Assembly (NCBI GenBank): GCA_002794465.1
Contig: MTSL01000137.1
Coordinates: 23,310-55,309 of the forward strand
DNA from: Paramicrosporidium saccamoebae KSL3
Lineage: Eukaryota > Fungi > Cryptomycota
Direction: 5' to 3'
Length of the DNA stretch: 32,000 nucleotides
Both the position numbers and the translations under genes were made by a program. Below the pieces are notes generated by a model, which saw nothing but the letters and a program-made list of their open reading frames with translations, did not search any database and was not told the DNA's origin. Every line of letters starts with the position of its first letter. Position 1 is the stretch's first letter. Shown piece after piece: positions 1-10,128 of this stretch.

Positions 1-1
1 C

Positions 2-400
2 TTTATCAGGTGGGAGCTCAAGCGGCTCATCGAAAATGTTGCCATAGTATTCTAGTTTTTTGGATAGAAAGAACGCGTCAGTCCAGTCGGGATTGGCAAA
101 GACCATGTCGGCAGAGAAAATAGTATCATGGAGAGTCTTGTCAGACGCGTAACTCAGAAGGGCGGCGCTCCGTTCGGCGGTTTCCCGAGCCACGTAGATA
201 TAGGAATAGTTGTATGTTGGAAACCTTAGAATCTGTGCCATTTTGTAAAGGTTTGCCCGATCCACAGTAAATGAGTGAAATATATCGTATATCTGCTTGC
301 TTGAACACTTTTGTAGCAGCTCATCTGGACTCACGTGTATTACCAACGCACCACTATTTGCGCAGCACAGAAACCACAACAGGATTTTGTAACACCACAT
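2..400 (-). CDS. Secreted orphan protein, 5' part (runs off the left edge); paralog of 11985..13505 and 13621..14973
   Basis: Not in the ORF track; I translated it by hand. ATG at 400, open for 133 codons to the edge: MWCYKILLWFLCCANSGALVIHVSPDELLQKCSSKQIYDIFHSFTVDRANLYKMAQILRFPTYNYSYIYVARETAERSAALLSYASDKTLHDTIFSADMVFANPDWTDAFFLSKKLEYYGNIFDEPLELPPDK. Hydrophobic N-terminus; colinear motifs shared with the two paralogs. Confidence 0.85.
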   Translation of the reverse strand, partial: MWCYKILLWFLCCANSGALVIHVSPDELLQKCSSKQIYDIFHSFTVDRANLYKMAQILRFPTYNYSYIYVARETAERSAALLSYASDKTLHDTIFSADMVFANPDWTDAFFLSKKLEYYGNIFDEPLELPPDK

Positions 401-987
401 CCCCTGGCCAAGGCAGTGGCAAGGGCTCATAACCGCCATTCTAATATATGATTTATTGCGCGCCGCACTATAAACGTGCTTTTGAGTAGCAAGAATATAT
501 TTATTAATTATCAATTATTGATTAGGAATGAAAGGTCTATGATGTGGGAGGGTACCCACTTATAATGGGTGGACCCAATCCAGGCTCGTCATATAAGTGT
601 CGCGTAGTGGAGATAATATCACGGACTTTGTCAGGCGGGAAGAGACGAGATGGGTCGAGAAGAGAACTTATTCAGTTAATCCAACGACCCTTTTATAGTC
701 TCACAGATCACGTAACAGTCCTCAGATGGTGAAGATACAGATTTCATTATCCTTCATTGATTGTTCCGATTATCTCTTATCCAAACTAGGGAACCATCCT
801 CAAATACTCAACTAATCAGTCTTATACGTCACACAAAAAATCACATGCTTTAATGCAACATTCACTCATCAACAGACCCTTTAGTGAAATCCCTGGCTCG
901 TAGCTATGCCATCTCACAGCGTCACATTAAGAAATAAATTTACCGTTAAGCAACGAGGTCCACTGCAAATCCCAGTTTCTATACTTG

Positions 988-1551
988 ATGGAGGAATGGG
1001 AGGGACAGTTGGCTCAATTATGGAAATGCACCAATGAGGCATTTTTCGTGTCGCCAGCATTGTCTCAGAGCTACTGTCGTCGAATGATGAGGATAGTGAC
1101 TGACAACGAGCTTCAGTTAGGCAACGCATTTTACTGGAATGCATGTAGCCACTGTGGAATGCTATGGTTTCCAGGAATAAGTGTCGACACACAGCTATTG
1201 CCATGTAAAGAGCTGAGAGATTTTGCTAAGAAGAACGAGTGTATTTTCATGTCTCAGGCCATGAGATTGGATGACTGTCCAAGGAGGAAGGATTGTATAA
1301 ACTTGGACTTTATTGTGTACGATTGTCGGGCTTGTGGAATCAAGAGCGTGTTCGACGGTCACCCCTACAAATGTAAAAAAATGACCCGCCCGGTGTCTGT
1401 TCCAAATGCGCCCGCTGCGCCAGTATCACAGGGCGATAAACGCAAGTTGGCGCAGCTTCAAAAGATGTTGCAAAGATCCAAACCGGAGACCAAGCCAACC
1501 GCTCTAGATGCATTCCTAAATGGTTTGGATCCCAAGTTGACTAAAAAATAG
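988..1551 (+). CDS. RNase P/MRP subunit, Rpr2/Rpp21/Snm1 family zinc-ribbon protein
   Basis: Helical SPALSQSYCRRMMRI segment followed by CSHC...WFPGISV and YDCRACG zinc-ligand pairs, then a basic tail. The track start at 985 is TTG; the first ATG is 988. Cannot distinguish Rpp21 from Snm1 type. Confidence 0.7.
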   Translation: MEEWEGQLAQLWKCTNEAFFVSPALSQSYCRRMMRIVTDNELQLGNAFYWNACSHCGMLWFPGISVDTQLLPCKELRDFAKKNECIFMSQAMRLDDCPRRKDCINLDFIVYDCRACGIKSVFDGHPYKCKKMTRPVSVPNAPAAPVSQGDKRKLAQLQKMLQRSKPETKPTALDAFLNGLDPKLTKK

Positions 1552-1772
1552 TTTCATTGTAGAATTGGCTGGAACTCTATGTCTGGACAATCAGTGGGAA
1601 CAATGAGATTGGCGCGAGCGTGTAAATCGGCTCTGTACTGTGGCTTTATCAACCGCACACATTCGCTCTGCTGTACTCGTCCCACCTCTTACTGCGCTAT
1701 ACGATAGCATCAGACTCGGATAATTCTCACATATACAAACCCACAAATATTATTTTCTTTACGTTTCTTAAT

Positions 1773-4724
1773 ATGACCTGGAATCAGGGCGCCCGTCCTC
1801 AGTCGATTGAAATTCCAGTTAGGGACAGCAACGAGGTGGTAGAAGTCTTTCTAGACGACCTCCCTGTTGACCCGTCTGAAATAAAGGCCATTCTCTGCGA
1901 AGAGGGTGCACCGGTCCCACTCTTTCTGCATTTCGCAATCGAGTATTATTATCAGAAAAAGTTTGAAGAATTCCAGTACCTACTTCGAGCGGGATTGGCT
2001 GAATGCACGGCACGGAATGAACGTCAAGAAGATGTGTCGCTGTTGACTGCACTTTCTGCCTTCAATATAGCCTTGGTTCTGGGGATACATCCAAGTAGCA
2101 GTCCAGAGGCTAAGCTCTATGAGGAGGCCACTGCATTGTTGAATGAAGCAGAGCGGTATGGACAGGGCGAGACGGGAGTATTGTTGAGAAAGGGACTGTT
2201 GCTGTTGGCGCAGAAAAACTTGAAGATGGCAGAGTATCCGTTAAAAACTGTCCTGAGCCGTGAACCTGACAATATTGCTGCCATTGTGGCTGCTGGATGC
2301 TGTTCGTATTTGGGGGGAGACTGGAAATCGGCTTTGGTCTCGTTTCAGAACGTGCTTAAAAAGCTCCCTTCTTGCCCCGAGACGGTTCGTCTGGCAGTGG
2401 GCCAGTGTATGCTAAAGCTTGGCAACGAAAAATCAGCCGAGGCTGCATTTGAACGGGTGTTGGCCATGAATCCAGGAAATGTGCCGGCATTGGTTGCATT
2501 GGCAGTCTTGAGCTTGAATCGTGGTGCCACTGCCAAGGGAATGCAGCTCCTCAAACAGGCCTACGACATTGACAAGCAAAACCCGATCGTCCTGTTTCAC
2601 CTGGCAAATCACTTTTTCTTCAAAAAAGACTTGGTCAAAGCAATGTCACTGGCCCAATCTGCTCAACAGAACTCGGGGAAGAGCGAAGAGAGGCTGGCAT
2701 ATTCTCTATATATGATTGGAAAGATTCATCATGCACAAAGCAATTTTGACGCCTCATTTACGTGCTTCTCCGAGGCGGTGAAACTTGATCCAAAGTTGGT
2801 ACTTGCACAACTTGGACTCGGACAAATGTATTTACAGCGTGGGGATTTTTCGTCTGCAACAGATTGTTTCGAACGCGTTGTTGAGCTTCAAAAGGCCTCG
2901 GGAAAGGAGATTAAAGACGCCGAGTTCTGGGCAATGATGGGATCGACCTGTTTGGGCGATGAGAAGCGGACGCAAACGGCAGAAGTTTTTTTGAAAAAGG
3001 CCGCTGCCCTGGGTGCTCGTTCCTTTGACCTGTTTATCGCCTTGGCATCCCTGTACGAGACACGCGATCCTGTCGAAGCATCTAGATACTACAAAGATGC
3101 ACTCGCTATTGATCCCACCCGCTTCAATGCTAATGCCCAACTGGGCAATAACTATGCTGTGATGCTCCATATGACAGGCTCCCTGGAGGAGGCGTTGAAC
3201 ATTTTACAGATATCATCAGGTCTGTCTCTTGGAGGTGACCTGCATGGAATCTGTAGATTTAATGAAGCAAGAATATTGGAAGACATGGGACAATTTAACG
3301 AGGCCGAATCCATTTACAAAGAACTCGTCACCGCGGACCCAAATGACGTGGTTGTGCACCTTAGGTTGGGGATTATTTGCTCTCGGCTTGGGCAGCACGG
3401 CGAGGCCGCTGAGCACTATAAAGAGGCCATTGGCATTGAAGAGACCAACATTGACGCTTGGGTGCTGCTTGCTTCCAATCATCTTCGAGTCAAGGCGCTT
3501 ACTCCCGCAAGAAAGGGATTTGAGCGCATCCTGAAGCAATTTGACCGCCATGACCCATTCTCCCTCGTTGCTCTAGGCATTATATATGTCGAGATTGGAC
3601 GCCATGAAGCAAAGAGAGACGACCCACTTCGACGTGCACTCGAGTTCTTTATCAAGGCGCTGCAGATTGACTCCAAGAACTTTGTGGCAGCTAATGGAGT
3701 GGGAGTTGTCCTGGCTGAACTTGGCAAATTTAAGGAGGCCAAGGAAATTTTCCTACAGGTTAAGCAGGCTGCGCCATCATTTATGGATGCCTCGCTCAAT
3801 CTCGCCCATTGTTTTGTCGAACTAGGCCAGTTTGGCGCAGCTATTCATGCTTACGAGGGGCTATTGGAAAGGCTACACGGGCCCAAAAAGGCAGGAATGT
3901 TGCTCTTTTTGGCAAGAGCTTATTATGCTCAAGCCAAGGCGGACCGGGAACTTGCCGCCTTTGAGGCGTCTATTAAACAGCTAGAAACGGCAATGGCCCT
4001 GCTGCCAGAGGATGCCCCCATCAAGTTTAATATTGCATTGTGTCAACAGGAATATGTTGCTGCCATGGCAAAGAAGGGAATTACAGAGGATGACTCTGAT
4101 CGTGCGATTGCAATGATTGGAAAAGCCAATACAGCTTTTCAGGAGCTGTCGGGGTTGACTGAGAACAAGTCGCTTGATCAATCCATGATAGCGCAACGCC
4201 TCAAATACTGCTCCTCATTGGCCCATTCAATTGAAACCAAAGTGGACACTCTTCGTCACACACTCCACGACCGCCAAGCCAAGTTACATGCCGTCCAACA
4301 ACAACGTGCGGAACAGCAGGCTAGCGAAGCGGCACGGCGACAAGCCGACGAAGAATCTCGGCTCCGTGAACAGGAACGAAATGAAGAGATTCGGAAAGAA
4401 CTGGCGGCCAAATTCAAATCCACAGAAGAACGGGTGCGGGCTGCGGGGAGTGACGAAGAGGATGGTGGAGAGACAAGGCGAAAGAGAAGCGGCGAAGGCG
4501 ACGACAGAGAAGGAAGACGGAAGAAGAGCGGTGAAGGCGACGACAGAGAAGGAAAACGGAGGAAAAGTGATATAAAACGACCAAAGAAGCTCGAGAAGAT
4601 CATGACAGATGAGGAGAACAGTGGAGAGGATGAGGTAACGGTAGTGAGAAAATCATTACGAAGAACCGCCCTATCCAAAGATTTGATTTCCGACTCTGAT
4701 TCTGAACATAATGCCGATAAATAA
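1773..4724 (+). CDS. CTR9: Paf1 complex subunit CTR9 (TPR protein)
   Basis: N-terminal IEIPVRDSNEVVEVFLDDLP...AIEYY typical of Ctr9; many TPR repeats; SKNFVAANGVGVVLAE; charged coiled-coil and acidic/basic tail. Confidence 0.93.
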   Translation: MTWNQGARPQSIEIPVRDSNEVVEVFLDDLPVDPSEIKAILCEEGAPVPLFLHFAIEYYYQKKFEEFQYLLRAGLAECTARNERQEDVSLLTALSAFNIALVLGIHPSSSPEAKLYEEATALLNEAERYGQGETGVLLRKGLLLLAQKNLKMAEYPLKTVLSREPDNIAAIVAAGCCSYLGGDWKSALVSFQNVLKKLPSCPETVRLAVGQCMLKLGNEKSAEAAFERVLAMNPGNVPALVALAVLSLNRGATAKGMQLLKQAYDIDKQNPIVLFHLANHFFFKKDLVKAMSLAQSAQQNSGKSEERLAYSLYMIGKIHHAQSNFDASFTCFSEAVKLDPKLVLAQLGLGQMYLQRGDFSSATDCFERVVELQKASGKEIKDAEFWAMMGSTCLGDEKRTQTAEVFLKKAAALGARSFDLFIALASLYETRDPVEASRYYKDALAIDPTRFNANAQLGNNYAVMLHMTGSLEEALNILQISSGLSLGGDLHGICRFNEARILEDMGQFNEAESIYKELVTADPNDVVVHLRLGIICSRLGQHGEAAEHYKEAIGIEETNIDAWVLLASNHLRVKALTPARKGFERILKQFDRHDPFSLVALGIIYVEIGRHEAKRDDPLRRALEFFIKALQIDSKNFVAANGVGVVLAELGKFKEAKEIFLQVKQAAPSFMDASLNLAHCFVELGQFGAAIHAYEGLLERLHGPKKAGMLLFLARAYYAQAKADRELAAFEASIKQLETAMALLPEDAPIKFNIALCQQEYVAAMAKKGITEDDSDRAIAMIGKANTAFQELSGLTENKSLDQSMIAQRLKYCSSLAHSIETKVDTLRHTLHDRQAKLHAVQQQRAEQQASEAARRQADEESRLREQERNEEIRKELAAKFKSTEERVRAAGSDEEDGGETRRKRSGEGDDREGRRKKSGEGDDREGKRRKSDIKRPKKLEKIMTDEENSGEDEVTVVRKSLRRTALSKDLISDSDSEHNADK
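4479..4556 (+). repeat. 39-nt in-frame tandem duplication in the CTR9 tail
   Basis: RKRSGEGDDREGR / RKKSGEGDDREGK; nucleotide units 4479-4517 and 4518-4556 are nearly identical. Confidence 0.9.
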
Positions 4725-5115
4725 ATCCCGATGCATGATTGGACTCTACGATTATATGCCAATTCCCAACGCTCTACAGTTGGTTGTCCTGACAACCACG
4801 ATGACGTGGATCAGCTAGACTTTCAGGGGGGTGCTGGTATGAAAGTGTCTAGAATGACTTTGTATCATGCTTTATTATCTTTGCTAACAAAGTTGTCCGT
4901 AAGCAAAGCTGCGGCTCTTGCTTAGCTCGCTTCCAGGGACGACGCCCACTGTCACGCCGGTAAATACCTTTCCCAGCTGCCCTTGCATCTCTCTCGTGAC
5001 GACCCTCACATTTTCCATTGCCGGGCATCGGCGCAATCCACGAGTTGCATGTTCTTCGCCCTCAGTCATCCGTGTCTTCCAATGCAGAATGTACTAATTA
5101 TAGCATTTCTGCCAA

Positions 5116-5134
5116 CCAATTAAAATTGGCCAAT
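5116..5134. promoter_or_regulatory. Cluster of three CCAAT boxes in both orientations
   Basis: ccaat 5116-20, attgg 5125-29 and ccaat 5130-34, about 240 nt upstream of the 5371 gene. Confidence 0.35.
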
Positions 5135-5370
5135 GACCAACGTTGTTACTTGAAAGCAATGTCCAATTTATCACAATAAGAGTGAAGGGAACTATATCTA
5201 CAAGTTTTACAGCGTGTGAGTTTTCATGCTTACAAGCCCAACCTTTATGGACGGATCGACAACCCTTAGTGAAGGAGCTTTACTACAAACTTTGCGGAAC
5301 GACCAGATTAAACCATTTTATTTAAAATTTGTCACAAATGCATGCTGCACGCGACAGGGGGTCCCTTATC

Positions 5371-6228
5371 ATGCAGTTTTTAACGCTAGTAAGTATTTTT
5401 CTCGCTGTAGGTGCGTGTTCTATTGGTGCTAGGAATCATCTCCTAAACCAAGTGAATGCCCGGATCGAAGTGCGCAGAGCCAACAATATCCGTCTATTCG
5501 AAGAACAATACAATGCCCATCAGTCGTTGCCTGACCTAGAGTCTGAGCTCTCATGGGAGTTTATTATTCACGGAGCGGATCCAGTTAATGTCTGTGGAGA
5601 GTTTGCCGGTAGTGCATTCTTCGTAGGCAATATTCAGACAAACCTTAGTATCGCTGTGGAGAACAACTACTTGGGTACTCTACGGTGTCTACAAACGGTA
5701 TGGATCAGTGAATGGAACAACGATGCTCTTGCACACTATTTCCTGGCCTTGTCATACTATAGCGAGTGGTATGACGAGGATCTTTGGATGCGCAATTGGC
5801 TCGTAGCTAACTGTAAAAGGTACGTACGGGCTATCTACGCCGCGGGCAACCAGCGGCTCCTGGGCGACGTTCTTTCAAAAAAGCTTCCTACTAGACTTGC
5901 CGATCAAGGACATCTTCCAGGTGTACATCCACGAAATTTTGACTTACAAGCGCCGAATATATTCGACGATGATGCCGTCGGTACCGTCCAGTTCTTCCTT
6001 GCCAATGGGGTGACCCTTGCCCGTTTGGAAGAACTTGCGTGCACCTATTACCAAAATCTAACTAGAAATGGCGTCTCCAGAATTCTCAAATTACTACTTT
6101 CCAGCGAGGTGACGCCGGAATTCAGATCAAAGTTTGTGGAACTGTCCGGCGCGGAGGGCCCCTTGGACGTTTTCCTGCTGGCGTACGAATCTTGGAACAT
6201 GCTTCCAGCCCATATGGACCTTGCTTAA
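5371..6228 (+). CDS. Orphan protein with predicted signal peptide (285 aa)
   Basis: Long ORF. The ATG at 5371 gives MQFLTLVSIFLAVGACS, a signal-like sequence (track start 5329 is TTG). No family recognised. Confidence 0.7.
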   Translation: MQFLTLVSIFLAVGACSIGARNHLLNQVNARIEVRRANNIRLFEEQYNAHQSLPDLESELSWEFIIHGADPVNVCGEFAGSAFFVGNIQTNLSIAVENNYLGTLRCLQTVWISEWNNDALAHYFLALSYYSEWYDEDLWMRNWLVANCKRYVRAIYAAGNQRLLGDVLSKKLPTRLADQGHLPGVHPRNFDLQAPNIFDDDAVGTVQFFLANGVTLARLEELACTYYQNLTRNGVSRILKLLLSSEVTPEFRSKFVELSGAEGPLDVFLLAYESWNMLPAHMDLA

Positions 6229-6525
6229 TGCGTTAATCCAACATTGCAATGGATTGCAATTAAGAATAGCGATAGAATCATTAGAAGTAAAATGAACTTT
6301 AATGGCCAAGGTTGTGTGATTGAGTTTTGCTGTCGCATTGTTGACTTTGCGTATGATCGAGGACAATGAATCCAGTGTGCATCTGTAGACTATTTATTAT
6401 CAATTCTCTCGTATGCGGTACATTCGCAGCAGATGATCCAACTTAACTCAACGCCACATTGGATTTCATACGACCATGGCAGTACAAGTAAAGATTTTAC
6501 GGCTAGAGTGCCTTTGATATAAGTG

Positions 6526-6630
6526 TGACGTAGAGGTAGAGGATTGATTAGTTGGCTATGTGACGTAGAGGCAGAGGATTGGTTAGTCGGGTATTTGACG
6601 TAGAGGGTTGATTAGTTGCTGGGTATTTGG
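6526..6630. repeat. 35-nt imperfect tandem repeat x3
   Basis: Units start with tgacgtagagg at 6526, 6561 and 6596; consensus approx. tgacgtagaggYagaggattgRttagtYggStatK. Confidence 0.9.
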
Positions 6631-6649
6631 GGACAGTAAGACATGTATA

Positions 6650-6756
6650 CATACTATTTATCCCCACTACGCGACATGTGCATCCATACTATTATAGAAT
6701 TAGCAGTGAACAACCTCCCTTCCCGTCCATACTATTTATCCCCCACTACGCGACAT
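6650..6756. repeat. 28/29-nt direct repeat pair
   Basis: catactatttatcccc(c)actacgcgacat at 6650-6677 and 6728-6756; partial catactatt at 6685. Confidence 0.9.
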
Positions 6757-7100
6757 AAGGGCGATTATTGCACACCCTAAGATAGAGCTAGTTTATTAAA
6801 TATTCTTCGTCATTTATATGATGAATTCTTTGATCTGAATATGCTTTAAATAGAAATTATCACCTCTTACACGTGTAACAGTACCGATTCGAGATAAAAC
6901 TACCTGTGCCAGCGGGCATTGGCAATGTGATTCGGCGGAACCTTTGCATATTATCAAATTAGAACACCCAGTGGGTCCTTCCCCGTCGCCCTTATGCAGG
7001 TTAACGCGAGTTGTTTGTTAAAGTAACCAGTATAAGGGAATTCCTCCTATAAAACAATAAAGTAATAAACTGGATCAGCTGATCTATCACAGGCCCTGGC

Positions 7101-7499
7101 ATGCGCATCTTGACGCTGTTCTTTCTGACGGCTTGCTGTTCAAGAGTCGATGACTGCGATTCAAGGCTGAAGGCATTACCGCCGCGAAGCATGTATGTGC
7201 CTATTCACGAACTGCTTCAGAGTGCCACTAAGAATACTTCCCGAGATAACATGACTACTTCGTCCAATCTGATACTTTCATATGCGCAGGGTATGCGGGG
7301 CCGTCTCCAGAATGTCGATGAGGCAGTGTTAGCCATACGTGCATTCTACGAATGCCGAGACCGCTATCCAGAAGACTTGGGGACACTATTAAAGGACCTG
7401 CCCATGTTTGTAGAGAGCGACATGTTTCGTGACATTCAAACTGTTCTTGGGCAGGAGGAGACGGTTGTAACCTGGTTCAATAAAATTTGTCCCGCATGA
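7101..7499 (+). CDS. Small orphan protein with predicted signal peptide (132 aa)
   Basis: ATG start, MRILTLFFLTACCS hydrophobic leader, otherwise helical composition; no family recognised. Confidence 0.6.
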   Translation: MRILTLFFLTACCSRVDDCDSRLKALPPRSMYVPIHELLQSATKNTSRDNMTTSSNLILSYAQGMRGRLQNVDEAVLAIRAFYECRDRYPEDLGTLLKDLPMFVESDMFRDIQTVLGQEETVVTWFNKICPA

Positions 7500-7724
7500 T
7501 AGATGTAAGGGAAATATGGCTTGTGTATGAATCGAAATAGCTAGTGCGATATAGGGACTACTATCGCACATGCTTAACAAGGGCCAGTGATTGAATCTCA
7601 TCCGTCATTGATAGGATGAACTCTTTCACCTGAACATGTTCTAAATAGACATCATCATCTCTCGAATGCGAATTGGTTCACCACGTCCCAATTGTTGCCA
7701 TTAAGTAGCTTTCATTCACTCATA

Positions 7725-8249
7725 TCAGTTTTGCTGTAATGCCCACCATTGCTCCATAAAGTTGTTGGTCTTGAATGAATGTAAGAGTTGATCAAGTTCA
7801 TTCTCAACGGGAGTCATCTGGCGAATGGGTCGACCAGCACAGGCATCTATTAGAGGGCCTAGGACCCTGTTTCCATTGTATTTAGGATAAAATGGCGAGA
7901 TAGGGGAGTTGGAGAAGGTGGGGGGTTGTGAAATGGGTAGAAACATGGGACACGGAACCAGAAATAAAGGATACATTGGGGAGCATATGGGGGTTGATGA
8001 CCGAGTGTTCACAAAGGATAATGATGATCGAGGAGCCGTAACCTTTGGAAAGGTGTTCATTAGTGGCAAGTCGTCCTCTGATTCTGAATCACAAGATGGT
8101 GCTTCATCCTCCCAATCTGAATCGTCGAACAATGAAACATCCTCCCAATCCAATAAACTGTCACTCCAACCCAATATACTATCAGTATCACTGTTGCTGT
8201 TACCCCAATCTGAATATTCAGCACTGCAACTATTAATGTCGCCAATCAT
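7725..8249 (-). CDS. Hypothetical protein, acidic Ser/Asp/Trp-rich N-half and Pro-rich middle
   Basis: 174-codon ATG-initiated ORF filling the gap between genes; biased composition (DSILGWSDSLLDWEDVSLFDDSDWEDE). No homology recognised. Confidence 0.5.
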   Translation of the reverse strand: MIGDINSCSAEYSDWGNSNSDTDSILGWSDSLLDWEDVSLFDDSDWEDEAPSCDSESEDDLPLMNTFPKVTAPRSSLSFVNTRSSTPICSPMYPLFLVPCPMFLPISQPPTFSNSPISPFYPKYNGNRVLGPLIDACAGRPIRQMTPVENELDQLLHSFKTNNFMEQWWALQQN

Positions 8250-8284
8250 GCAGTCGAAAAATAAAACATTTTATTTTCGTAAGG

Positions 8285-9531
8285 ATGGCGACAGTGGAGA
8301 CGGCAAAGGTACCGGTGGCCGTGCATGCAGGTGGGGATGAACGTCGAGCCAAGGCCATGGAGGAGCACCGTCGGTTGGTAAAGGAGCACCGTGACAAGGA
8401 GAACAAATTACGCGACCGTACTATTTGATGTGGTGACTAATGGTAGTGCGTCTGTCCATCCGCGAGTTTGAGAGCAAATACGATAAGAGTGAGAATGAAA
8501 TTAAGGCATTACAGTCCGTGGGACAGATTATTGGAGAGGTGCTGAAACAACTGGACGCAGACCGTTTCATTATTAAAAGCAGCAATGGACCGCGTTACAT
8601 TGTGGGCTGTCGGTCGAGGCTGGATAAGACAAAGCTGGTTCAAGGCACACGAGTGGCACTGGACATGACAACACTGACCATTATGCGTCGGCTGCCGCGA
8701 GAGGTGGATCCGTTGGTGCATAACATGTCGATGGAGGATCCGGGAGACGTGAGCTTTGAGGGGATTGGTGGATTGAGTGACCAAATCAGGGAACTTCGCG
8801 AGGTCATTGAGCTGCCTCTGCTGAATCCGGAACTATTTGCACGAGTTGGTGTGCGTGCTCCCAAAGGTGTTCTATTGTATGGACCACCGGGTACAGGAAA
8901 GACACTCCTGGCCCGTGCTGTTGCCGCCACCCTTGACATTAATTTCCTAAAGGTTGTGTCGTCAGCCATTGTGGACAAGTACATTGGCGAATCAGCACGC
9001 ATTATCCGCGAAATGTTTGCCTATGCTCGTGACCATTCGCCGTGTATTATCTTTATGGATGAGATTGACGCTATTGGCGGACGACGATTCTCAGAGGGCA
9101 ATTCAAGCGATCGCGAGGTACAGCGTACGCTCATGGAGCTGCTCAATCAGATGGACGGCTTTGACGAATTGGGTCAAGTTAAACTCATTATGGCCACCAA
9201 TCGTCCTGACACTCTGGATCCCGCTCTGTTGCGGCCTGGCCGACTTGATCGTAAAATTGAGATTCCTCTGCCCAATGACCAGGGACGGCTGGACATTTTG
9301 AAGATTCACTCCACCACCCTTTCTCGCGAGGGCGATCTAGATCTGGATGCCATTGTCAAGTTGTCTGACGGCTTCAATGGTGCCGATCTTCGAAATGTGT
9401 GCACGGAGGCTGGAATGTTTGCCATCCGTGAGGAACGCGACCACGTCGTCCAAGAAGATCTCATGAAGGCGGTTCGGAAGTTGGGAGAGGCCAAGAAGCT
9501 TGAGACTAAGCTGGAATATGACAAAGTGTAA
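8285..9531 (+). CDS. RPT4: 26S proteasome AAA-ATPase Rpt4/PSMC6; join(8285..8417,8447..9531)
   Basis: Walker A GPPGTGKT, Walker [29 protein letters not shown]. Splicing the 29-nt intron restores the N-terminal coiled coil ...[19 protein letters not shown]. Confidence 0.96.
8418..8446 (+). other. 29-nt spliceosomal intron (RPT4)
   Basis: gtacta...gactaat.ggtag; removal joins exon 1 (44 codons + 1 nt) in frame with exon 2. Confidence 0.9.
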
Positions 9532-9669
9532 CGGCATATTTGGACTATATTGAATCAAATGGGCTTGAGTTGAGTATTCATTCGTCCAGTTTAATAAATA
9601 ATAGTTCTGGGTGTAAATCTGAGCAGGGAGACTCCGTTAAGCGTTGTTCATAAAGGGTGTATTGAAGTA

Positions 9670-9804
9670 GTGGACCGGTTTGCTAAAGGGCGCGTTGAGT
9701 GGATCGGTTTGCTAAAGGGAACGTTGAGTGGATCGGTCTGTTAAAGGGCGCGTGGAGTGGATTGGTCTGTTAAAGGGCGCGTTGAGTGGATTGGTTTGCT
9801 AAAG
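9670..9804. repeat. 29-nt minisatellite, about 4.7 copies
   Basis: Unit gtggaYYggtYtgYtaaagggcgcgttga starting at 9670, 9699, 9728, 9757 and 9786 (partial); units are contiguous with no spacers. Confidence 0.95.
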
Positions 9805-10128
9805 TGTGTGGCACCTTTCATAGATGAGTGGCCACTTTCAATGCACTGGATTATTAGATTGCATAAATATCTGGGCTGGGGCCGCCAATAAGCAGAGATT
9901 ATCCAACAGAGTGTGCTCCATTGATGACCAGACATCCTCAGCAAGGCTAACCTAATTTGTGGGATGGCGATCCCAATCATAAGCCTTTTGTCCCTGGGCC
10001 ATGCTGTGAAACAGTACAACTACAGGCTAGGAGCTCCAATAAAGGGGACTTTACTCGTCACCTCGCACATACATACGGCACAGTTAACCGCTAATATCGC
10101 CACTAAATCTTGACATTTCATCTCGCCA

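Noticed and set aside
544-732. 62-aa ORF and a small hairpin near 550-575
   Set aside because: No family features; it lies in the divergent promoter region, and the stem is short and imperfect.
6806-6838. C/D snoRNA-like boxes (ATGATGA ... CTGA)
   Set aside because: The boxes are only about 10 nt apart, leaving no room for a guide; the C-box also forms part of a local AT-rich hairpin.
7101-7499. Membership of the 132-aa secreted protein in the three-member family
   Set aside because: Only a weak VPIHELLQ versus VSPDELLQ resemblance; the downstream YDF, ER and LH motifs are absent.
7909-8340. 143-aa plus-strand ORF and other antisense or nested ORFs in the track (e.g. 4256..4795, 17698..18441, 21843..22631, 26777..27373)
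   Set aside because: They are shadows of confidently identified or better-supported genes on the opposite strand or frame.
9670-9804. CRISPR-like array (29-nt repeats)
   Set aside because: The units are contiguous with no unique spacers, no cas genes are present, and the context is eukaryotic.
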